64,000 nucleotides of DNA from Abditibacterium sp. (lineage in GTDB: Bacteria > Armatimonadota > Abditibacteriia > Abditibacteriales > Abditibacteriaceae), in NCBI GenBank assembly GCA_965246885.1, contig OZ251992.1, forward strand, positions 1,248,001 to 1,312,000, read 5' to 3'. The position numbers were made by a program, and so were the translations under genes. Below are positions 28,433 through 37,401 of this stretch, one piece after another (the stretch's first letter is position 1; each line of letters starts with the position of its first letter). The notes below the pieces were generated by a model. The model made no database searches. It saw only the letters and a list, made by a program, of their open reading frames with translations, and was not told the DNA's origin.

Positions 28433-29222
28433 TGTCAATATCTCCTGTTTCTGGGGGCGCCTTCGCCCCTATGTCGCTTTGCACCCGCTCCCACACCTTG
28501 CGCTGCGCCTTGGTCATCTCCCGTTTGCTCCATGATTCGAGCAAGTCAGGCCGCCGCTCGGCAGTGCGCCGCAGTGCCTGTTCGAGGCGCCACAGTTCGA
28601 CTTGCCCGTGATGGCCCGACAGCAGAATGTCGGGAATCTCGCGGCCCCGCCAACTCGCGGGCCGCGTGTAGTGCGGCGCTTCGAGCAGTCCCGTAGCGAA
28701 CGAATCGCCGCTCGCCGACTGGTCATTGCCCAGCACGCCCGGAACGAAACGCGCGACGGCTTCGACCAGAATCGCCGCTGCGCCTTCGCCGCCCGTGAGG
28801 ACAAAATCGCCGAGCGACACTTCGAGCGGCGCGAGCGCGTCGATGACGCGCTCATCTATCCCCTCGTAGTGCCCGCACAGCAGCGCCAAGCGCGGAAGCG
28901 CGGCGAACTCTTCGACTAAGCTTTGATTCAAGGTGCGCCCTTGCGGGGTGAAATACACGACCGGGCAGGGCGGCGCCAAAACGCCAACCGTAAAATTTAG
29001 CACATTCTCCATGCTCGCCGCCACCACCTCGGCTTTCATCACCATCCCCGCGCCCCCGCCAAAAGGCGCGTCATCCACCACGCGCCACTTATCCGTCGTC
29101 GCGTCGCGGATGTCGTGGAGCGCCACATCAATCAACCCCCGCTCGCGCGCCCGCTTGAGAATAGAAGTCGAAAGCGGCCCGGAGAAATAGTCGGGGAAAA
29201 GGGTGAAGACATCGAAGCGCAT
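28404..29222 (-). CDS. trmD: tRNA (guanine37-N1)-methyltransferase
   Basis: [37 protein letters not shown] and PHYTRP motifs. Confidence 0.97.
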   Translation of the reverse strand: MRFDVFTLFPDYFSGPLSTSILKRARERGLIDVALHDIRDATTDKWRVVDDAPFGGGAGMVMKAEVVAASMENVLNFTVGVLAPPCPVVYFTPQGRTLNQSLVEEFAALPRLALLCGHYEGIDERVIDALAPLEVSLGDFVLTGGEGAAAILVEAVARFVPGVLGNDQSASGDSFATGLLEAPHYTRPASWRGREIPDILLSGHHGQVELWRLEQALRRTAERRPDLLESWSKREMTKAQRKVWERVQSDIGAKAPPETGDIDNESGFNSLD

Positions 29223-29270
29223 GGAGTGCAGTTTCTAAACTTGCGCCGGGAAGACAGAGGAAAACTCATC

Positions 29271-29504
29271 ATGGCCTTTGAAAAAGAACTCGCCACCTAC
29301 CGCGCCGCCCTGCCCGGTTGGGTCGAACAAGAGGGGAAATGGACGCTGATTCTGGGCGACGAAATCGCGGGCATCTTTGACACACGCGAAGAAGCCATTG
29401 ACTTGGGCTACGATAAATATGGTTTGGCGCAATTCATGATTAAGCAGATTCACCAAGTCGAGCCTGTCTACTTTATGGGCGGCGCGTTCATGCGCCTCAA
29501 GTGA
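29271..29504 (+). CDS. Small protein of the type found upstream of retropepsin-like proteases (DUF5678-like)
   Basis: EGKWTLILGDEIAGIFDTREEAIDLGYDKYG pattern, GAGG Shine-Dalgarno, coupled to the protease gene. Confidence 0.6.
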   Translation: MAFEKELATYRAALPGWVEQEGKWTLILGDEIAGIFDTREEAIDLGYDKYGLAQFMIKQIHQVEPVYFMGGAFMRLK

Positions 29505-29506
29505 CC

Positions 29507-29950
29507 ATGAACACCGCCTCGTTTTTGTTGACGGGTGAGGGGCCGGTGTTGGAGGTTGTTGTATCCCTGATTTCTCCGCGTCGCTATGTTCTCAACCGAT
29601 TTCGACTTCCAATACCGAACCCGGTGCGCGTTCGCGCGCTCATTGACACAGGGGCCGAGTTTTCGTGTTTTGATGCCTCGGTCTTTCGGCGCTTGGAATT
29701 GTCGCCCTCCTATCAAGCCGAAATTTGGACGCCCAGTTCGGGAAGCGCGCCTCATCAAGTGAACCGATACGATGTGAACGTCTAACTTCTCGACGCCCAA
29801 AGCCAAACGCTTCGCCAGTATGAACCTATCGCTGCTGTTGAAGCAGAGTTAGTAGCTCAAGGTATCGAGGGCCTCATTGGGCGTGACATTCTCTCGCGGT
29901 GCGTGTTCACGCTCGACGGCCCGAACCGCACCTTCTCGCTCTCGTTTTGA
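29507..29950 (+). pseudogene. Retropepsin-like aspartyl protease with an in-frame TAA at 29783-29785
   Basis: ALIDTGAE catalytic motif before the stop. The same frame continues LLDAQ...GIEGLIGRDILSRC...SF*, carrying the C-terminal G-R-D motif. Confidence 0.8.
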
Positions 29951-29965
29951 ACCTGTTGAATCACT

Positions 29966-30436
29966 ATGACACCAACCGATATTCTATGGCCCCGCTTGGG
30001 CCGTGTCCAGACCTTGCGCTTCGAGTCGCTCTCGCGCACGGGAATTGGGTGGAGCGGCGTGGGGGCGGGGCAGGTGGAAGTGGGCGCGCCGCAGCAGGTG
30101 GAAGTGAGCGCGCCGCAGGAGGATGTTCTGGTGTGGAAGGAAAGCGGGCAATGGCGGCAGAACGGCGGGCGGGAGATTCGCTTTTCCAACACGTTTCGTT
30201 GGACGCGGACGGGCGAGGGGATTTCTTTGGAGCATCTGCGCTTTGGCGAGGAGCGTCCGGTGTTTCTCTTTCAATTGGTTGCGGTGCAAGCCAACGAGTG
30301 GCGCGATGTCGAGCCGCATTTGTGACGGGAAGATAAGTATTCGGCCTTACTCCGCCTCGAAGCGGACGGCTTAAATCTTCATTGGACAGTGTTTGGCCCG
30401 CGACACGACGAGTCCATCAACTACTCCTACAGCTAA
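29966..30436 (+). pseudogene. DUF6314-like protein with an in-frame TGA at 30323-30325
   Basis: HLRFG..PVFLF..PHL*REDKYSA..WTVFGP..ESINYSYS*. Also has a 24-bp internal duplication (QVEVGAPQ/QVEVSAPQ). Confidence 0.6.
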
Positions 30437-30853
30437 TCATTTCGGCTTCGCAAGGGGCGGGCGCGCCGCTTTCGGGGCTGCTTTCAGCTTTACCGCTGCC
30501 GTCCAGATGGTGTAACTGCCCATCACGACGGCGAAGAGGCCGAAGGCGAGTTGCAGTTGGGGGCCTTTCATTTGGTTGGCGTATTTGCCGCCGAGCCACG
30601 CGCCCAGCGCGAGCAAGACGGCAATGATGGCGGCGGCACGCCAGTCCACATTGCCTTTGCGCGCGTATTCATAAACCGCGCCGATGCCCAAGGGTGGCAG
30701 GAGGATGGCAAGGCTGGTGCCCGTCGCGCGGTGCTGCGAGAAGCCCGCGAAATAGACCAGCGCAGGCACGATAATCAGCCCGCCGCCAATGCCGAAAAAG
30801 CCCGCCGCGATGCCCGCGAGGAGTCCGGTGAGCACCAGTTTGAAATTCAACAT
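30437..30853 (-). CDS. TauE/SafE (TSUP) family half-size permease
   Basis: AGFFGIGGGLIIVPAL, ATGTSL and GNVDW motifs. Confidence 0.85.
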   Translation of the reverse strand: MLNFKLVLTGLLAGIAAGFFGIGGGLIIVPALVYFAGFSQHRATGTSLAILLPPLGIGAVYEYARKGNVDWRAAAIIAVLLALGAWLGGKYANQMKGPQLQLAFGLFAVVMGSYTIWTAAVKLKAAPKAARPPLAKPK

Positions 30854-30886
30854 GGGCGAAGCAATGGCGCCAATGGGATGCCAGCG

Positions 30887-31417
30887 CTACTCGGCGGCGT
30901 CGCCGATGCGTAGTCCCGGCACGTCGCGCACGATGATTTTCCCGGTTTCCCGTTCGACGCGCACGATGAACTCCGGCACGTCGGGCACGAGCGCGCCGTC
31001 GGAAGCGAACACTTCGTGGTGCGGCGTTTCGAGGACTTCCTCGACTTCGCCCAAGTCCTCGCCCGCTTCGGTTTCAAGGCGCATGCCGATGTATTCGTCG
31101 GGGTAGAGCTTGCCGCCTTGCAGGGCGGGGCGCATCGAGCGGTGGACGAAGACCTGCGCGCCGATGAGAGCGTCAGCCTGCTCGCTGGATGTCAGGCCGA
31201 GGCCGCACACAAAATATCCGGCTTTATAATCGGAGAGTTCGACGGTAAACAGTTCGCGTGCCTCGCCCTTGACGAGGCACAGCCGCGCGCCGCGCGCGAA
31301 GCGTCCGGGCACGTCCGAGAATGCGCTGATGCGCACCAAGGCCCGATCCCAGCGGTCTTTGACGCGACCGACTAACACGTCCCACGTTTCGGGCGGGAAT
31401 TCGGCGGGAGTGGACAT
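30887..31417 (-). CDS. rimM: 16S rRNA processing protein RimM
   Basis: Synteny with rpsP-khpA. C-terminal PRC barrel (IGMRLETEAGEDLGEVEEVLETPHHEVF...LVPDVPEFI). Confidence 0.85.
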   Translation of the reverse strand: MSTPAEFPPETWDVLVGRVKDRWDRALVRISAFSDVPGRFARGARLCLVKGEARELFTVELSDYKAGYFVCGLGLTSSEQADALIGAQVFVHRSMRPALQGGKLYPDEYIGMRLETEAGEDLGEVEEVLETPHHEVFASDGALVPDVPEFIVRVERETGKIIVRDVPGLRIGDAAE

Positions 31418-31429
31418 GGATGGGGCGCC

Positions 31430-31780
31430 CTACTGGGGGGCGTCGGTGGGCGAGGCGTCTTGCGGGTCGTCTTCGGTGAGGATTTCGACCGTCACGTGAG
31501 TGCCCGCTTTGAGCGCGGCGGCTTTGACGACGTGGCGCAGGGCGTTGGCGACGCGGCCTTCGCGCCCGATGATGCGGCCAATGTCGTCGGCGTGAACGCG
31601 CACGCCGTAGACGGTGCCGGTCTGGTCGTAGAACTCCTCGACTTCGACTTCTTGCGGGCGCGTCACGACGCCTTGCACGAGGTAGCCGACGAGTTCAATG
31701 AGACGGTCTTCGGCGCCGGGCGCCGGGGTTTCAAGCGCTGGAGCGGGTGGCGCGGGGTTGGGCTGGGTTTGGGCGTCCAT
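31430..31780 (-). CDS. khpA: KH-domain RNA-binding protein
   Basis: DDIGRIIGREGRVANALR motif; lies between rpsP and rimM. Confidence 0.88.
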   Translation of the reverse strand: MDAQTQPNPAPPAPALETPAPGAEDRLIELVGYLVQGVVTRPQEVEVEEFYDQTGTVYGVRVHADDIGRIIGREGRVANALRHVVKAAALKAGTHVTVEILTEDDPQDASPTDAPQ

Positions 31781-31882
31781 AAGAGTGAGTGGATGTAATG
31801 GGTGTGGACGAGAAGCGGATTGTCAAAGTCGAATCGCCAGAAGGAAAGAGCTTCTGGCGATTGAGTGGGTGTCCGTATAGGG

Positions 31883-32449
31883 TTAAACCGCCGCTTCGAC
31901 GGGTTCCGGCGCGACTTCTTCGGACGCGGCGGGCGCTTGCGCGATCGGTTCGGCTGGCGCGGCGACTTCTTCCGCCGGAGCGGGAACTTCAGCGACCACA
32001 GGAGCGACCTCGGCGACGGGTTCCGAGACCGCTTCGGTCGGCGCGGCAACTTCGGCCACCGGCTCGGCCACAACTGGCGCAGCTTCCGCGACGGCGGGTG
32101 TGGGCGCGGCGACCTCGGCAGCAGGCGCGTCAACGACGGGGGCGACGGGCTTGGCGGGGTAGGTCTTGGGAGTCACGACTTCGCCGGGTTGGGCGAGTTT
32201 GTTATTGACGTTAAGGATTCCCTTCTGGCGCAGCAAGGACGCGGCGGTATCGGAAGGTTGGGCGCCGTTGGAAATCCAGTGGCGCGCGCGCTCTTCGTTG
32301 ATTTCCACGACGTGCGGGTTGCGTGTCGGCAGGTAATGGCCGAGGCTCTCGATGAAATCGCCGTCACGCGGCGCGCGCACGTCGGCGACGACGATGCGGT
32401 AGGTTGGGTTATTTTTGGCGCCGGTGCGACGCAGACGAATGCGAACCAT
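31883..32449 (-). CDS. rpsP: 30S ribosomal protein S16 with a long Ala/Pro/Glu/Val-rich tail
   Basis: [40 protein letters not shown]. Confidence 0.96.
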   Translation of the reverse strand: MVRIRLRRTGAKNNPTYRIVVADVRAPRDGDFIESLGHYLPTRNPHVVEINEERARHWISNGAQPSDTAASLLRQKGILNVNNKLAQPGEVVTPKTYPAKPVAPVVDAPAAEVAAPTPAVAEAAPVVAEPVAEVAAPTEAVSEPVAEVAPVVAEVPAPAEEVAAPAEPIAQAPAASEEVAPEPVEAAV

Positions 32450-32548
32450 GATCTAAATTGTGTTCCATACCGGAATTTCCCGGAAAAGTGGCCACTCTAT
32501 TTTGACGTCTTCCGCCGCAACTGGCAACTGACCGCCCGCAATGGCTTG

Positions 32549-32628
32549 TAAAAGCGAATAAATTCGCAGCCATCAAGGTTGTCGGCGAAGGCCGACAACC
32601 TTGATGGCTGCGAATTTATTCGCTTTTA
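32549..32628. repeat. Perfect 38-bp inverted repeat (REP-doublet-like hairpin)
   Basis: TAAAAGCGAATAAATTCGCAGCCATCAAGGTTGTCGGC-GAAG-exact reverse complement. Confidence 0.9.
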
Positions 32629-32629
32629 A

Positions 32630-33799
32630 CTATTTCACCGGAGTCGCCACTGCCGCTTTGAGCGCGTCCACCAAACCGTTTGGCGCGTCGAAGCCAAAGG
32701 TATAGGCGGCGGCCTGCGAGGGCGTGGCGGCGTAGTCGAGCTTGAGGACGGGTTCATACGCGGCGCGCAGGGCGGCTTCGGGGTCGAGGGTGCCCGCCGC
32801 GATTTTCTCTTTATCGGACTCGGTTACTTTCCAACCGCGATAATCGCCCGCGTCGGCGTCGGCGAAGGCGGTGACATCGTCCACTGTTTTTCCCTTCAGG
32901 CTCGCGCCGCCGCCTGCAAACGACTTTTGCAGGTTCGCGGCAACGAAGAAGGCGTTGTTCTGCTCGTCCAAGGAGGTGGTGTTGAACGCGGGGACAGCCG
33001 AAGCGCCGGTCATGACGAGGGCGACTTTGAGGGCCGGGTCGTCGTCGCGGCGCGCGACCACATCGCCAGTCAGGGTGTTGAGTTCGCGGAACTGCTCGAA
33101 GAGGGCGGGAGTGTCCTTGGTGTCAACGGCGCGCTTCAGGAGCGAGTCGTGAATGACGAGCACGAAGGGGCGGTCTCCGGCTTCCAAGCGGTCGAGCGCG
33201 GTGGTGGCCAATTCGCTTAGCCCCGCTTCAGTCGCGGGGTCGCGGTCAATGGCGTAGCTGAGTTCGCCCGGTGCTTCCGACACGAGGACGCGGCCTTTGA
33301 GGTCGCCGTCGAGGGCATCGGACGAGGCGACGAAGGTGCCACCGTTAGCGGTGAGTTGCGCGCTCGCGTTGGGCAGGTTAGCCGCGCCGCCGCCCGCCAA
33401 GAAGTCGTAGGGCGCGTCTTTAGCGGTCAAACCGGCGGCGACATCGCCGTCGAGTTTGTAGAAAAGCGGCGCGATTTTGGTCACGTCGCCCGTCGTGATG
33501 AGGCCCGTCGCGTAGCCGTTGTTGCTGGCGGTCTGGAGGAGTCCGCTCATTTGGGCGAGGGCATCGGCGGGAACCGGGGCGGGCTTGGCTTTGTCTTTGA
33601 CTTCGTCAAAGGCGGTGGTAAGTTCGGCGTCCTCGCCCGACTTGCGAAGATAGCCCCGGCCCAGTTCGAGCACTTGGGGCGACAGCCCTTCGGCAATGAC
33701 CACGACGGTGCCAGTCGCGGCATGGGCGGCGAGGGGAGCGGCGGAAAAAGTGGCCGCCGCCAGCGCAATTCCGAGTAGTGAGGTGAATTTGGTTTTCAT
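32630..33799 (-). CDS. Secreted alkaline-phosphatase-fold protein lacking catalytic residues
   Basis: Signal peptide. VVVIAEG, ATGLITT, DFLAGGG and LSELATTALDRL..PFVLVI follow the PhoA motif order. Confidence 0.6.
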   Translation of the reverse strand: MKTKFTSLLGIALAAATFSAAPLAAHAATGTVVVIAEGLSPQVLELGRGYLRKSGEDAELTTAFDEVKDKAKPAPVPADALAQMSGLLQTASNNGYATGLITTGDVTKIAPLFYKLDGDVAAGLTAKDAPYDFLAGGGAANLPNASAQLTANGGTFVASSDALDGDLKGRVLVSEAPGELSYAIDRDPATEAGLSELATTALDRLEAGDRPFVLVIHDSLLKRAVDTKDTPALFEQFRELNTLTGDVVARRDDDPALKVALVMTGASAVPAFNTTSLDEQNNAFFVAANLQKSFAGGGASLKGKTVDDVTAFADADAGDYRGWKVTESDKEKIAAGTLDPEAALRAAYEPVLKLDYAATPSQAAAYTFGFDAPNGLVDALKAAVATPVK

Positions 33800-33830
33800 G
33801 GTGTGAGGTTTCTGATGGGATTTGGGCGGA

Positions 33831-35090
33831 TTAGAACGCGACTTGGAAGTTGGTGCGCAGTTCCGTCCGGCTGTCGCGGAGCGAGGCGGTAGCGCCGCTT
33901 CGGGCGCGGCGGTTAACGAGGTTGGTCTGAATCTTGGCGTTGTTGCCCTTGATGTAATAGTTGAGGCCGAGGATGTAATCGGTCAAGTCGGCGTTGGCGA
34001 CGTTGCGGTTGGTGTTGAAGTAATCGTAGCGCAAGGTCGCCTCGAAGCGGGGCTTGAAGAAGTAGCCGACGTGCCCGTAGTAGCCCTCGATGTTGCGCGT
34101 GAGTTGCGCGCCGGTGGTGTCGGTGACGGTTTGGGCGTCGCCGCGCAGGTATTCGGCGATGAGGGTGAGTTTGTCCTTTTTGTAGGCCGCGAAGGTGTTA
34201 TACAAGCGGCGTTGCGGCTGGTTGACCGCGTTGGTGGTGTCCACGCCGGTTCTGCCGTAGCCGCCCGAAGCGCCGACTTGCAGGCCGGTGTTCTTGAGGC
34301 GAAACGCGAGGCGGCCCAAAATCGCCTTGGTGTCGGACAGGGCTTGGGCGTTCTGGCGGTCGCCGAAGCCGTTGAAAACGCCCAAGCGGTAATCCAACAG
34401 GCCACTCGTGCCGCGCAGTTGGATGCCGGTGTCGCGCACGTCGCCATAGCCCGAATCGGTGAAGGGGTCGCGCTGCGTGAAAATGAGGGCGCGCTCGACG
34501 TTGGGTAGTTCGGCGGTCGGAAGCAAGCTCTCGTAGCCGATGGGGATTTTGTATTGGCCCACGTCAATGATGTCGTTCTGGTGCGCGCTTTTGTCGAGGG
34601 TGTAGGAAATTTGGATTTCCTGCAACAGGTTGTCGCGGGCGCGGATGTTGATGTTGCCCGTTGTGGCGCCCGATGCCAAGCGGCCCGTCGTGGTTTTGGC
34701 GGGGTCGAACATGATGGTGCCGGAAATGCGGTCGGTGATGGAGGGCGCCGTGATGCGGATTTCGCCGCGCCTGAGACGGAAGGTGTCTATGCCGCGCGTG
34801 CCGCCGGGGGCGTTGGTTTCGCTGGGAAAGTTCAAGCTGTGAACTTGCAGCAACCCCGACACGGTGATGGGGAACTTGGCGCGCGCGGGGGGCGCGGCTT
34901 TGTCGGCGTCGGCGGTCTTCTTTTGGGCGTCTTCGAGGGTGTTCAGGCGGTTTTGCAGTTCGGCGATTTGCTGGCGCAAAAGGTCGAGTTCCGATTGCTG
35001 CGCGTGCGCGGGGGCGCCGCAAAACGCGACGCCAAGACCGACTAAAGCCGCGACGACGGGAATCGGGCGGGGTGACAGGTGGAATTTCAT
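33831..35090 (-). CDS. OprO/OprP-like anion-selective porin
   Basis: Signal peptide, coiled coil, FRLRRGEI, VGQYKIPIGYE, RDTGIQL, LGLNYY..NAKIQTN, C-terminal Phe. Confidence 0.8.
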   Translation of the reverse strand: MKFHLSPRPIPVVAALVGLGVAFCGAPAHAQQSELDLLRQQIAELQNRLNTLEDAQKKTADADKAAPPARAKFPITVSGLLQVHSLNFPSETNAPGGTRGIDTFRLRRGEIRITAPSITDRISGTIMFDPAKTTTGRLASGATTGNINIRARDNLLQEIQISYTLDKSAHQNDIIDVGQYKIPIGYESLLPTAELPNVERALIFTQRDPFTDSGYGDVRDTGIQLRGTSGLLDYRLGVFNGFGDRQNAQALSDTKAILGRLAFRLKNTGLQVGASGGYGRTGVDTTNAVNQPQRRLYNTFAAYKKDKLTLIAEYLRGDAQTVTDTTGAQLTRNIEGYYGHVGYFFKPRFEATLRYDYFNTNRNVANADLTDYILGLNYYIKGNNAKIQTNLVNRRARSGATASLRDSRTELRTNFQVAF

Positions 35091-35142
35091 GGAAAGCGAA
35101 AATTGTCTAAAACGCGAACGACGGGAGCATTTCACCGCATCC

Positions 35143-35167
35143 GGCTTAAGAGCATGTTAAGCCTTGG
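35143..35167 (-). promoter_or_regulatory. Candidate Pho-box-like direct repeat upstream of the porin
   Basis: Minus strand CCAAGG-CTTAACAT-GCT-CTTAAGCC, 11-bp period. Confidence 0.45.
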
Positions 35168-35197
35168 GCGAGAAGAGTTCCCTCGCCCGATAATTTA

Positions 35198-35365
35198 CCG
35201 CGTTCTGCCACCCGCTCGCCGCCGTCTGGCATTGCGTCACCGCCGTTTGGGAACCGTTCCCAGACATCCGCCGGTGACTGGCGGACGTCTGTCACCGCAT
35301 GACGGACGTCCGGGAGCGCGTGACAGACGTCTGGGAACCGTTCCCAGACGGCGGCGGGCGCCTCC
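35198..35365. repeat. 21-nt-period quasi-palindromic array (family copy 1, 8 units)
   Basis: Units such as CAGACGTCTGGGAACCGTTCC and CGGACGTCTGTCACCGCATGA. Abuts the cysA stop. Confidence 0.8.
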
Positions 35366-35367
35366 CG

Positions 35368-36456
35368 TCAGTCGCTTGGCGACTCTGGGGCAGAGCTTTC
35401 CTCGCCAGAAAAGACGCGGATTTGGCGAGGGTAAACCCATACCATGTCGCCGGTGCGCAGATGGAGAGCGGCTTCGCGCTCGTGCGGCAGTTCGACATCG
35501 AGCGGCAACTGTCCGTCCTGCGCGAAGAGGGCGACTTTGACGGTCGAGCCGGTGCGGTTGACGCGCGACACCGCCGCGAGCATGGACTGCGGGCCGTGCG
35601 GCTCGCGGGCGATCTCGACTTCGTGCGGGCGGATATAAGCGGTGAACTGCGCGCCTTCGGCGGTGCCGTTCCCGTTTTGACCGACGGCGGGAACGGCGAG
35701 GGCGCCGATTTGCGCTTGACCGTTCTGCACGCGGCCATGAAAAACGTTGACGCGTCCCAGAAAATCGGTGACGAAGGCGCTCGCAGGGTGGGCAAAGACG
35801 TCATCAGGCGTGCCGATTTGTTCGATGCGCCCCTTGTTCATCACGACAACGAAGTCGGCGACCTCGAAGGCTTCCTCTTGGTCATGGGTCACGAAGATGC
35901 TGGTCATGTGGATTTCGTCGTGCAAGTTCCGAATCCAGCGCCGCAAGTCGGCGCGCACCTTGGCGTCCAAGGCGCCGAAGGGTTCGTCGAGCAACATGAC
36001 GGCGGGCTGCGCCGCCAATGCCCGCGCGAGGGCGACCCGTTGCCGTTGCCCGCCCGACAGTTGCGAGGGGAAACGCTTTTCGACGCCTTCCAACTGAATG
36101 AGGCGCAAAAGCTCCGAAACGCGCGGGCGGATTTGCTCGCTCTTCCACTTGCGCACGCGAAGGCCGAAGGCGATGTTGTCGAAAATGGTCATGTGCCCGA
36201 ACAGCGCGTAGTGCTGGAACACAAAGCCGATGCCCCGCTCGCGCGTCGAGCGGTTGGTCACGTCCGCCTCGCCATAAAAAATGCGCCCCTCATCGGGTGC
36301 TTCCAAGCCCGCGATGATGCGCAAGAGGGTCGTTTTGCCCGACCCCGAAGGGCCAAGCAACGCTACGAGTTGCCCTTGCGGGATGTCGAGCGAAACGCCG
36401 TCGAGCGCGCGAAAAGCGCCGAAGTTCTTGGAAACACCGCGAACGGAAATCTGCAT
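35368..36456 (-). CDS. cysA: Sulfate/thiosulfate ABC transporter ATP-binding subunit
   Basis: [23 protein letters not shown] and [13 protein letters not shown] motifs; C-terminal TOBE. Confidence 0.95.
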   Translation of the reverse strand: MQISVRGVSKNFGAFRALDGVSLDIPQGQLVALLGPSGSGKTTLLRIIAGLEAPDEGRIFYGEADVTNRSTRERGIGFVFQHYALFGHMTIFDNIAFGLRVRKWKSEQIRPRVSELLRLIQLEGVEKRFPSQLSGGQRQRVALARALAAQPAVMLLDEPFGALDAKVRADLRRWIRNLHDEIHMTSIFVTHDQEEAFEVADFVVVMNKGRIEQIGTPDDVFAHPASAFVTDFLGRVNVFHGRVQNGQAQIGALAVPAVGQNGNGTAEGAQFTAYIRPHEVEIAREPHGPQSMLAAVSRVNRTGSTVKVALFAQDGQLPLDVELPHEREAALHLRTGDMVWVYPRQIRVFSGEESSAPESPSD

Positions 36457-36471
36457 GAAGAGGAAAGCCCG

Positions 36472-37392
36472 CTAAGTTTGCCCGTCTTTGAGCAGACGCT
36501 CGGCCTTCCATTCGAGCACCGATTTTAAGCCCAGCGTCAGCAAACCCAAAAACGTGAGCAGCGAGGCGAGGACAAACGAGGCCGTGACCTGCGCGCTGGA
36601 GCCGTTGTATAACACCTCAACTTGCAAGGGGATAGTGTTGGTCAAACCTTGGACGCTCCCGGACACAACGGACACCGCGCCAAACTCGCCCATCGCGCGT
36701 GCGTTGCACAAGATGATTCCCGTCAAGAGCGACCATTTGATGTTCGGAATGGTGACGCGCCAGAACGTCTGGAAACCATTGGCCCCCAAAGTCACGGCGG
36801 CTTCCTCTTCCTCGGCGCCTTGCGATTCCATAAACGCGATGAGTTGCCGCGCGACAAAGGGGAAGGTTACGAACAAAGTCGCCAAGATGATGCCGGGTAA
36901 AGCGAAGATAATCTTCAGATTGTGCGCCACCAACCACGCCCCGAAGACGCCCTTACGCCCGAACATCAAGACGAACACCAGACCGGAAATAACCGGCGAG
37001 ACGGCGAAGGGCAGGTCTATGAGGGTGAGCAACATCCCCTTGCCTTTGAAGCGGAAGCGCGTGATGGCCCACGCCGCCGCGATGCCAAACAGGGTGTTCA
37101 CCGGCACCACGATGAGCGCCACCACAAGCGTGAGCCGGATGGCTGCGAGGGTGTCGGGGTCACGCAACGAGTCGCGGTAGAGCTGCAACCCTTGCCCGAA
37201 CGCTTCGGTGAAAACCACGAAAAGCGGCACCACCAAGATGAGTCCGACCAAGCCGAGCGCCGCGATGATGAGCAACCATTGCAACGGGCGCGGCTCACTC
37301 GTGGCGCCGCGCACCGCCGTTTGCACGGCACGGGCTTCTCCGACGCGCGTGGCGGTAAGAGCGGATGGCGAAGTCACGGGGAGAGTTTTCAT
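36472..37392 (-). CDS. cysW: Sulfate ABC transporter permease
   Basis: DLPFAVSPVISG and CNARAMGEFGAVSVVSG motifs. Confidence 0.95.
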   Translation of the reverse strand: MKTLPVTSPSALTATRVGEARAVQTAVRGATSEPRPLQWLLIIAALGLVGLILVVPLFVVFTEAFGQGLQLYRDSLRDPDTLAAIRLTLVVALIVVPVNTLFGIAAAWAITRFRFKGKGMLLTLIDLPFAVSPVISGLVFVLMFGRKGVFGAWLVAHNLKIIFALPGIILATLFVTFPFVARQLIAFMESQGAEEEEAAVTLGANGFQTFWRVTIPNIKWSLLTGIILCNARAMGEFGAVSVVSGSVQGLTNTIPLQVEVLYNGSSAQVTASFVLASLLTFLGLLTLGLKSVLEWKAERLLKDGQT

Positions 37393-37401
37393 GATTGGCG
37401 C

